NCBI GenBank assembly: GCA_035512575.1
Contig: DATKDT010000152.1
Span: 965-64,964, forward strand
Direction: 5' to 3'
DNA length: 64,000 bases
Source of the DNA: Vicinamibacterales bacterium
Lineage (GTDB): Bacteria > Acidobacteriota > Vicinamibacteria > Vicinamibacterales > SCN-69-37
Translations under genes and position numbers: made by a program
Part shown: positions 25,537 through 32,132 of the stretch, in pieces
Position numbering within the stretch: the first letter of the stretch is position 1
How the letters are laid out: the number at the start of each line of letters is the position of its first letter
Notes under the pieces: generated by a model
What the model saw: the letters and a program-made list of their open reading frames with translations, nothing else
Told to the model about the DNA's origin: nothing
The model's database searches: none

Positions 25537-26434
25537 CGACCTGGCCGCTCTGTCTCACGCTGACGATGAGAATGCCGAGGGCGATGATGGCGGCCGCCAC
25601 CAGCATACGCGCGCCGAACGGCTCGCCGAGCAGCAGCGTGCCGAGCGCCACGGCAATCACCGGATTCACGTACGTGTAGAGCGACACGGTCGACACCGGA
25701 AGATGCTTCAGCGCGTAGGCGTAGGCGGTGTAGGCCGCAATCGAGCCGGCCACGGTCAGGTACGCGAGCGCCAGGGTCGTCTTGCCGTTGAAGGCGAGGC
25801 GCGGCCACTCGCCCGCGACGGTGGCGAACAGCAGCATCCACGCGCCGCCGAACACCATCTGCAACGCGGCGGACGCGAGCACATCGGTGGAGTGGGTGAA
25901 GCGCTTCGCGTACGTGGAGCCGATCGCCCAGCCGACGCACGCCAGTTGCAGCGCCAGCACGCCGGCGCCGAAACGCGACCCGGCATCCGCCGACGCGAGC
26001 AGATCGGGCCACACCAGCACGAGAATGCCGCCGAAGCCGACGATGAGGCCGACGATCTGGCGGAGCCTGAGCCGCTCGCCGCCCGGCCAGAGGCTCTCGA
26101 TGCCGGTCATCCAGAAGGGCGAGGTGGCAATCAGCACGGCGGCAAGACCGCTCGGCACGAACTGCTCGCCATACGTCACGCCGCCGTTGCCCAGGCCGAG
26201 CATGAAGAAGCCGATGAAGGCGAGTGACGGCCACGAAGAGCGCGGCGGCAGCGGCGTGCCGCGCATCCACAGCGCGAGCGCCAGCACGACGCCGGCGGTG
26301 GTGTAGCGGATGCCGCCCATGGCCATGGGCGGAATCGTCTCGAGCGCGATTTTGATCGCGAGGTACGTCGTGCCCCAGATCAGGCACACCGCTGCGAAGG
26401 CGATGTAGGCGCGCCGGCGCACCACGGGACTCAT
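25484..26434 (-). CDS. EamA/DMT-family transporter
   Basis: 316 aa with 10 TM segments in two EamA repeats; N-terminus CLIWGTTYLAIK. The start ATG overlaps the Lrp stop (ATGA). Confidence 0.85.
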   Translation of the reverse strand: MSPVVRRRAYIAFAAVCLIWGTTYLAIKIALETIPPMAMGGIRYTTAGVVLALALWMRGTPLPPRSSWPSLAFIGFFMLGLGNGGVTYGEQFVPSGLAAVLIATSPFWMTGIESLWPGGERLRLRQIVGLIVGFGGILVLVWPDLLASADAGSRFGAGVLALQLACVGWAIGSTYAKRFTHSTDVLASAALQMVFGGAWMLLFATVAGEWPRLAFNGKTTLALAYLTVAGSIAAYTAYAYALKHLPVSTVSLYTYVNPVIAVALGTLLLGEPFGARMLVAAAIIALGILIVSVRQSGQVVGKDAVIVDPVPVRRAS

Positions 26435-26919
26435 GACGCCGCCTGTTCGGCAGGCGCGTCGGGCATCGGCAGCTGGTGCGTTTCCTTCAGGGTGCCGAGG
26501 ACGATCGTCGTGCGGGTGGAGCGCACGCCGCTGATGCGGCCGATGCGGCCCTTCAGCAGCTCGCCGAGATGCTCCGCGTCGCGCGCGCGGACCTTCACGA
26601 GAAAACAGTCGTCGCCGGCGACGTGGTGCACTTCGAGCACTTCCGGAACCTGGCCGAGCGACGCGGCGACCGAGTCCTCTTCCTCCGGCGCCTCCTTCGT
26701 GCGCACGGCCACGAACGCGAGCAGGCCGAGGCCGAGCGCTTTCGGGCTCACGAGCGCCGCATAGCCGCGGATGACGCCTCTGGCTTCGAGCTTCCGGATG
26801 CGCTCGAGCACGGCCGACGGCGCCAGCCCCACCTCCCGGGAAATTTCCACCTGGGTGACACGGCCGTTGCGTTGAAGAGCATCGATGATACTGATGTCTA
26901 TGGCGTCTAGTTCAGACAT
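26431..26919 (-). CDS. Lrp/AsnC family transcriptional regulator
   Basis: N-terminal HTH D.ID..II..LQ.NGR....EIS..VGLAPSAV..RI..LE..GVI, plus a C-terminal RAM/AsnC_trans_reg domain. Confidence 0.9.
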   Translation of the reverse strand: MSELDAIDISIIDALQRNGRVTQVEISREVGLAPSAVLERIRKLEARGVIRGYAALVSPKALGLGLLAFVAVRTKEAPEEEDSVAASLGQVPEVLEVHHVAGDDCFLVKVRARDAEHLGELLKGRIGRISGVRSTRTTIVLGTLKETHQLPMPDAPAEQAAS

Positions 26920-26952
26920 ATATTCTTATAAACAGCTTATTATCAGAATATA
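26920..26952. promoter_or_regulatory. AT-rich promoter/operator region of the Lrp-EamA operon with inverted repeat ATATTCT-N18-AGAATAT
   Basis: This is the only strongly AT-rich stretch for kilobases. On the minus strand TATAAG lies 5 nt upstream of the ATG, with no SD. Confidence 0.35.
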
Positions 26953-27003
26953 TTTCCGTCAAGCTGCTTCAGCTCAGGCGTGGCACTGCCGTTGCTAGGA
27001 GGG

Positions 27004-27073
27004 GCGCGAGGAGCGGCGCGGGGCGATGGGGCCCCGCGAGCGACGAGCCTGGCGGGGTGCAGGGGCCCCCGCC
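27004..27073. repeat. 70-bp GC-rich double-hairpin REP-like element, copy A
   Basis: GCGCGAGGAGCGGCGCGGGGCGATGGGGCCCCGCGAGCGACGAGCCTGGCGGGGTGCAGGGGCCCCCGCC. Two hairpins: CGCGGGG..CCCCGCG and GGCGGGG..CCCCGCC. Its reverse complement recurs at 30600-30670. Confidence 0.85.
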
Positions 27074-27093
27074 ACTAGTAACGGGAGGAACGA

Positions 27094-27243
27094 ATGCTCG
27101 AAACCATTGCCATCATTCTGATCGTGCTGTGGCTGCTGGGTCTGGTCAGCGGCAACACGATGGGCAACTTCATCTACGTGCTGCTGGTGATCGCGATCGT
27201 GCTGCTGCTGGTGCGGTTCATGGGCGGCCGCGGCCGGATTTGA
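27094..27243 (+). CDS. lmo0937-family small membrane protein (49 aa)
   Basis: MLETIAIILIVLWLLGLVSGNTMGNFIYVLLVIAIVLLLVRFMGGRGRI, with GGGAGG 6 nt upstream. Too short for the ORF track. Confidence 0.7.
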   Translation: MLETIAIILIVLWLLGLVSGNTMGNFIYVLLVIAIVLLLVRFMGGRGRI

Positions 27244-28222
27244 AGAACACCCGTTTCAGCCGTGAGTGATACGGCGTAAACGGGCCCGCGCCGTCGTCCT
27301 CGGCGATGTGGCGACTGACCTGGTGCAGCCTGGCATCGAGGTCGTCGCACGTCGCGAGGATGAAGGCCTCGATGGTCATCGGCTCGACCGGCGAGCCGAA
27401 TTCGCGCGAGCCGTGATGCGACAGGATCAGGTGCTCGATCTCGGTCAGCAAATCTGGCGGGAAGTCAGGAAGGCCCGCCGCCGCGTCGCGCACCATCATC
27501 ACGCCGAGCGTGATGTGCCCCACCAGGTTCCCTTCCACCGAGTACTGCGTCGCGGTGTCGTACGCCAGCTCCTGCAGCTTGCCGATGTCGTGCAGGATTA
27601 CCCCGGCTACGAGCAGGTCGCGCTTCGCGCCGTAGGCCTCGCCCAGCGCCGTCGTGGTCTCGACGAGCTTCAGCACGTGCTCGAGCAGGCCGCTCCGATA
27701 GGCGTGATGCACCGTTTGCGCGGCCGGCCAGATCCGGAGTTTCTCGCCATGCGTCTCGAGCATGCGCGTGAGGAGGGCCCGCACGTGGCCGTCGCCCACG
27801 CCGCCGACGTGGGCCTCGAGCGCGGCCCACATCTCGTCGGGCGAATGCGGCGAGGCGCGGATGCAGTCCTCCTCGCGGAAGCCGTCGAGCCGATCGCGGT
27901 TCGCGTCGACGCGGCGGATCTTGTCGAGCAGCAGCTCGAGGCGCTGGTTGTAGACGCTCCCCCGCCCCTGCACCTTGACGAACTCGCCGGCCTCGAACTC
28001 GTGCCGCAGCGTGTCGACGTCGTTGAAGACCTTCGCGGCGATTTCGCCCGAGACGTCCTGCAGGACGACGGAGAGAAACTCGCCCCCGTTGCGTCCCGTG
28101 CGCACGTCCTTGCGCACGCAGAGGTAGAACCCGGTTCCGGACGACTGCGCCTGCAGCATCGCCACCTGCGGCAGCCGCCCGCCCCCGCGTCCGCCCTCGC
28201 CGAAGAGTTCCATGTCTCGCAT
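27218..28222 (-). CDS. OB-fold plus HD-domain 3'-5' exoribonuclease YhaM-like protein
   Basis: ATG 28222 overlaps the upstream TAA (TAATG). N-terminal OB fold (FLSVVLQDVSGEIAAKVF) and HD domain (HHAYRSGLLEHV...ILHDIGK...SHHG). Confidence 0.8.
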   Translation of the reverse strand: MRDMELFGEGGRGGGRLPQVAMLQAQSSGTGFYLCVRKDVRTGRNGGEFLSVVLQDVSGEIAAKVFNDVDTLRHEFEAGEFVKVQGRGSVYNQRLELLLDKIRRVDANRDRLDGFREEDCIRASPHSPDEMWAALEAHVGGVGDGHVRALLTRMLETHGEKLRIWPAAQTVHHAYRSGLLEHVLKLVETTTALGEAYGAKRDLLVAGVILHDIGKLQELAYDTATQYSVEGNLVGHITLGVMMVRDAAAGLPDFPPDLLTEIEHLILSHHGSREFGSPVEPMTIEAFILATCDDLDARLHQVSRHIAEDDGAGPFTPYHSRLKRVFFKSGRGRP

Positions 28223-29019
28223 TACGACTTGTCCAGGAATCCGAAAGGTCCCGCGCCGAGCCACTGGCCGCCGTCGACCGTCAGCACGTCGCCAGTGATG
28301 TAGGCGGCGTGCGGCGAAACGAGAAACGCGACGGCGTCCGCAATCTCGCCCGGCTTGCCCCATCGCTTCAACGGCACCGACCGCGTAAGGCGCTCGACCA
28401 TCTCGGGCGTGTTCCACAGCTGCTTTGCCGCGCCGGGTGACTCGATCGGCCCGGGCGCCACGCCGTTGACGCGGATGCCGTGCGGCGCCCATTCCACGGC
28501 CAGCGTCTGCGTCATGGCCATCACCCCCGCCTTCGCCGCGGCCGAATGCACCGTGCCGGCGCTGCCCGTCCAGGCGTACGTCGCCAGAATCGACACGATC
28601 GATCCCCCGCCGCCGCGCGCAATCATGTGCCGCCCCACCGCGCGCGAACAGTAGAAGCTGCCGTTGAGGACGATGTTGATGACGGCGTTCCAGCCGTTGG
28701 GCGACAGATCCTCCGCGCGGCAAATGAAATTGCCGGCGGCGTTGTTGACGAGGATGTCGACGCGGCCGAACCGCTCGACGGCCTCGCCGACCATGCTATC
28801 GACCTGGTCGGGCTGGCGGACGTCCACCTGCACCGCAAGCGCCTCGATGCGGTCCCCCGCCAGCGCCGCGGCGCCTGCATCGAGGTGCTCCGTGCTGCGG
28901 CTGGCAATGACGACGCGGGCGCCGAGCGCGCCGAGACGGCGCGCGATGGCCAGGCCGAGGCCCGTGCCCCCGCCGGTGACGAGCGCGACCTGATCGCGAA
29001 AGAGGGAGTCGGTGAACAT
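28222..29019 (-). CDS. SDR-family oxidoreductase (2,4-dienoyl-CoA reductase-like)
   Basis: ATG 29019 gives MFTDSLFRDQVALVTGGGTGLGLAIA; also NNAAGNF and the active-site context SAAKAG. The upstream 41 codons of the ORF overlap the divergent kinase gene. Confidence 0.85.
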   Translation of the reverse strand: MFTDSLFRDQVALVTGGGTGLGLAIARRLGALGARVVIASRSTEHLDAGAAALAGDRIEALAVQVDVRQPDQVDSMVGEAVERFGRVDILVNNAAGNFICRAEDLSPNGWNAVINIVLNGSFYCSRAVGRHMIARGGGGSIVSILATYAWTGSAGTVHSAAAKAGVMAMTQTLAVEWAPHGIRVNGVAPGPIESPGAAKQLWNTPEMVERLTRSVPLKRWGKPGEIADAVAFLVSPHAAYITGDVLTVDGGQWLGAGPFGFLDKS

Positions 29020-29027
29020 GAACAGTC

Positions 29028-29037
29028 TTATTATCAA
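29028..29037. promoter_or_regulatory. AT-rich island (TTATTATCAA) shared by the divergent SDR and hybrid-kinase genes
   Basis: The -10-like hexamers TATTAT/TATCAA (plus strand) and GATAAT/TAATAA (minus strand) lie 7-10 nt from ATG 29045 and ATG 29019. Confidence 0.3.
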
Positions 29038-29044
29038 TCCGCCG

Positions 29045-30550
29045 ATGCCCGCGTCGCGACTTCTTCGATTGTTCGACCAGGTTCCCCAAGGCATCTTCAC
29101 CGGCGCGGTGGACGCGGCCGGGTGCGCGACCGACTCGGCCAATCCCTACCTCAAACTGATGTTCGGGCTGGCGGCCGACACGCCCGACGCCGAGGCGCAG
29201 CCGTTCGCGCCCGATCGGTTCGTCGACGCGCAGGCGCGCGAGGCCTTCCTCGAGCGCCTCGGCCGCGACGGCACGGTCCGCGACTACCTGCTGCGGATGC
29301 GCCGCGCCGACGGGTCGCCCTTCTGGGTGGAAGTCACCGCGATTGCCGAGCCGGACAGCGCGGGCCTGTCGGTCGAGGCGCTGATCCGCGACGTCAGCGA
29401 GCGCAAGAAGCTCGACGACCAGGCGAAGGACGTCTACCACCAGCTGCTGCAGGCCGAAAAGCTCGCGTCGCTGGGCCAGACCATCTCCGGCGTCGCGCAC
29501 GAGCTGAACAACCCGCTCGCGGCGATTCTCACATGGGCCGAGCGCCTCTCGGGATCGCCGTCGCCCGACACCACCGCCAAGGGCGTCGACGCCATCCTCA
29601 CGCAGGCCGAGCGCGCCGCCCGGATCGTGCGCAACCTGCTCACGTTCGCCCGCAAGCGCCACACGACGCGCGCCATGGTCGATCTCAATCACGTCGTGCG
29701 CGAGACGCTCGCGCTGCGCGCCTACGAGCAGCGCGTCAGCAACGTGATGATCATCGAGGCGCTCGCCGCCGGGCTGCCGCAGGTCTTTGCCGACCCGCAC
29801 CAGGTGCAGCAGGTGCTGCTCAATCTCGTCATCAACGCCGAACAGGCCATGCTCGGCGCCAACGGGCGCGGCACGCTGATCGTGCGCACGTGGCACGAGC
29901 CGGATCGCGACGCTGTGGTGCTCGAGGTGAACGACGATGGGCCCGGCGTGCCCGAAGATGTGCGGCCGAAGATCTTCGACCCGTTCTTCACGACGAAGGA
30001 AGTGGGAAAAGGCACCGGACTCGGGCTGACGGTGGCCTACGCCATCGTGCAGGAGCACGGCGGGCGGCTGCGGGTGGAATCGGAGCGCGGCCGCGGCGCG
30101 TCGTTCATCATCGAGCTGCCGGTGGGCGGGATGGCGGTGCGCACGCCGGCCCAGCCAAGCGCGCCGGCGCCCGCCGAGATTCCCGCCGGCTCCACCGCGC
30201 TCATCGTCGAAGACGAGGCCGCGCTGCGGGCGGCCGTCGGCGACGCGCTGACCGACGCGGGCTTCACGGTGGACCGCGCCGGCGACGGCGAGGAGGCGCT
30301 CGCGAAGGTGCGGGAGCGCGACTACGACCTGATCGTGTGCGATCTGAAGATGCCGCGCCTCGACGGCCCGGCGTTCTTCGCCGTGCTGTCGGACGAGAAG
30401 CCCGCCCTCGCCCGCCGCGTCGTGTTCGTCACAGGCGACGTCGCCGGCACCGAAGCCGAGCGCTTCCTGGACGCGAGCGGCTGCCGCTGGCTCGCGAAGC
30501 CGTTCCGCCTACGCGATCTTCTGCGACTGGCGCGAGAGACCCTGCGCTGA
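29045..30550 (+). CDS. Hybrid PAS sensor histidine kinase with C-terminal receiver domain
   Basis: PAS region, H-box GVAHELNNPLAAI, N/G boxes LNLVINAEQA, DDGPGVP and GTGLGLTV, then REC (ALIVEDE...DLIVCDLKMPRLDG...AKPF). The ORF is open from GTG 29012 and ATG 29018. ATG 29045 is preferred because the earlier starts overlap the divergent SDR start codon. Confidence 0.85.
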   Translation: MPASRLLRLFDQVPQGIFTGAVDAAGCATDSANPYLKLMFGLAADTPDAEAQPFAPDRFVDAQAREAFLERLGRDGTVRDYLLRMRRADGSPFWVEVTAIAEPDSAGLSVEALIRDVSERKKLDDQAKDVYHQLLQAEKLASLGQTISGVAHELNNPLAAILTWAERLSGSPSPDTTAKGVDAILTQAERAARIVRNLLTFARKRHTTRAMVDLNHVVRETLALRAYEQRVSNVMIIEALAAGLPQVFADPHQVQQVLLNLVINAEQAMLGANGRGTLIVRTWHEPDRDAVVLEVNDDGPGVPEDVRPKIFDPFFTTKEVGKGTGLGLTVAYAIVQEHGGRLRVESERGRGASFIIELPVGGMAVRTPAQPSAPAPAEIPAGSTALIVEDEAALRAAVGDALTDAGFTVDRAGDGEEALAKVRERDYDLIVCDLKMPRLDGPAFFAVLSDEKPALARRVVFVTGDVAGTEAERFLDASGCRWLAKPFRLRDLLRLARETLR

Positions 30551-31402
30551 CCCGCCGGCGTCGCGCGCCGGCATCGACGCCCTGGCCATCTTCAATTTCG
30601 GCGGGGGCCCCTGCACCCCGCCTAGCTCGGTCGCTCGCGGGGCCCCGACGCCCCGCTCCGCTCCCTGCGCACTCGCTGTTTCGTGCAGGCCAACATCCGC
30701 GGCCAGCAGGCGCTTGAGGCGGTCGAGCGCGCGCGCGTGCAGCTGCGACACACGCGACTCGTTCACGCCAATCTCGCCGCCAATCTGCTTCATCGTAGCC
30801 TCGGCGAAGTAGTACATCGAGACGATCTTCCGCTCGCGCGGCGGCAGCGCGTTGATGGCGCAGCGCACGCGATCCTTCACTTCCTGCGTTTCGAATGCCT
30901 TCTCAGGCGACGGCGGCTCGCTCGGAACAAGCACGGCCGGCAGCGACGCGCCGTCGATCGACTCGGCCGACGCCATCGGCGACGTCGACTCGATCGTGTG
31001 GATGCGGACGATGGTGCGCTCGAGGCGCGCGACGTCGGTGCCGACGCGCGTGGCGAGATCCTGCATGGACGGCTCGGCGCCGTTCTCGCGCCGCAGCGAC
31101 TCGCGGGCGGCTTCGAGCTCGCGGCGCTGGCGGCGCACGCCGCGCGGCCAGGCGTCCTTGCGCAGCGCGTCGATCATGGCGCCGCGCACGCGGCGCTCGG
31201 CGAAGGTCTCGAACTTGATGCCCCGCGCCTTGTCGAAGCGGCGCGCCGCGTCAATCAGGCCCAGCATGCCGTCCTGCACCAGATCGCCAATGTCGATCGA
31301 GTTTGGCATCGTCGCGGCGACGCGGCGGGCCAGCGATTCCACGAAGGGCAGGCTCTGGGCGATACGGTCACGTTCGGCGGCGGCCAATGGCTGTCGGGAC
31401 AT
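30509..31402 (-). CDS. Group-3 sigma-70 family factor (FliA/WhiG/SigB-like) with an atypical ~55-aa C-terminal extension
   Basis: Region 2 DLVQDGMLGLIDAARRFD..FETFAERRVRGAM and region 4 LPPRERKIVSMYYF...IGVNESRVSQLHARALDRLK. The tail is encoded by REP copy B and overlaps the kinase 3' end by 42 nt. Confidence 0.8.
   Translation of the reverse strand: MSRQPLAAAERDRIAQSLPFVESLARRVAATMPNSIDIGDLVQDGMLGLIDAARRFDKARGIKFETFAERRVRGAMIDALRKDAWPRGVRRQRRELEAARESLRRENGAEPSMQDLATRVGTDVARLERTIVRIHTIESTSPMASAESIDGASLPAVLVPSEPPSPEKAFETQEVKDRVRCAINALPPRERKIVSMYYFAEATMKQIGGEIGVNESRVSQLHARALDRLKRLLAADVGLHETASAQGAERGVGAPRATELGGVQGPPPKLKMARASMPARDAGGSAQGLSRQSQKIA
30600..30670. repeat. 70-bp GC-rich double-hairpin REP-like element, copy B (inverted relative to copy A)
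   Basis: GGCGGGGGCCCCTGCACCCCGCCTAGCTCGGTCGCTCGCGGGGCCCCGACGCCCCGCTCCGCTCCCTGCGC. About 62 of 71 positions match the reverse complement of 27004-27073. Confidence 0.85.
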
Positions 31403-31607
31403 TCGAACTCCTTGGAAAGTTGCGGGGAGCCCTAGCGCAACCGGACAGCCAACTCTCCAATTGAGATTTGACGATGTGCGACTTCAGATCTAAGAGCTTT
31501 AGATTGAGTGATTTACAGGCATCTGATGCCTGTGAAGAGGCGCGCAGTTACGGGCGATTTTGCGTCAATTTGTTGGCAGGGGGTGTCAAAGCGTCGGAAG
31601 TTTGACG

Positions 31608-31853
31608 CTATTTAGCGTTCGATGGGCCTGTTTCGGCGAGCTTTCTGATTTCGGCAGCCGTCGCCATGGCGTCGAGCGCGCTGCTGACGACCTGGGCCGC
31701 GCGCGAGCGGGTGGCGTCGTCGGCCGCGCGGGCCTCGAGCAGCTCGGCATTGGCCAGCACGATGCCGAGCTGGTTGTTGAGCTGGTGAAAGAGCCGGCCG
31801 ATGTCGCGGGTGTCCGCCACCTGGAGCCGTTCCCCTCTGTGATGCGCGATCAC
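31608..31853 (-). CDS. 81-aa stand-alone histidine-kinase DHp/H-box domain protein (no ATPase domain)
   Basis: GTG at 31853 overlaps the TGA of the upstream HTH gene (GTGA). Sequence ..DIGRLFHQLNNQLGIVLANAELLE.. closely mirrors the H-box of the neighbouring kinase (VAHELNNPLAAILTWAERL). A second helix follows. Confidence 0.5.
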   Translation of the reverse strand: MIAHHRGERLQVADTRDIGRLFHQLNNQLGIVLANAELLEARAADDATRSRAAQVVSSALDAMATAAEIRKLAETGPSNAK

Positions 31854-32059
31854 GCCGAAACGCTGTTCTTGCGGCTGCTCCACCCGGCGCGCCGCTCCGG
31901 CTCGCGCCAGAGCGTGTCGACGAAGATCCGGACCGACCCCCCGGCCGTGCGCACGTACTCGACTTTGCCGTTGGCGATCCAGTTGTAGATGGTGCGGCGG
32001 CTGACGCCGACCAGCTCGCACGCCTTCATGATCGAGATGGTTTTGCGTTCGACAATCAT
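31850..32059 (-). CDS. Excisionase/MerR-superfamily helix-turn-helix DNA-binding protein (69 aa)
   Basis: ISIMKACELVGVSRRTIYNWIANGKVEYVRTAGGSVRIFVDTL. AGGA lies 9 nt upstream of ATG 32059. Confidence 0.7.
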   Translation of the reverse strand: MIVERKTISIMKACELVGVSRRTIYNWIANGKVEYVRTAGGSVRIFVDTLWREPERRAGWSSRKNSVSA

Positions 32060-32132
32060 GACAAGTCCTCGCAGGCATCTATCGGCATTTGCGCGCAGGG
32101 CTGCAGGGTGTCAAAATGCCGCCACCTGTCCG

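Noticed and set aside
30509-31402. Flagellar regulon, inferred from the FliA/WhiG-like sigma factor.
   Set aside because: No flagellar, motility or chemotaxis genes occur anywhere in the 64 kb. The sigma factor could equally be a SigB-type stress factor, so I make no flagellar claim.
31573-31593. Sigma-54 (-24/-12) promoter in TGGCAGGGGGTGTCAAA, and a second candidate at 32072-32092 (GGCATCTATCGGCATTTGC).
   Set aside because: The GG-N10-GC spacing and the TTGC -12 element are not satisfied (GG-N9-GC, or GTCA instead of TTGC). Kept only as shared motifs.
31850-32059. Prophage or integrative element, suggested by the excisionase-family HTH.
   Set aside because: No integrase, recombinase, phage structural genes, att-like direct repeats or tRNA target are nearby. 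The HTH fold is also widely used by ordinary regulators.
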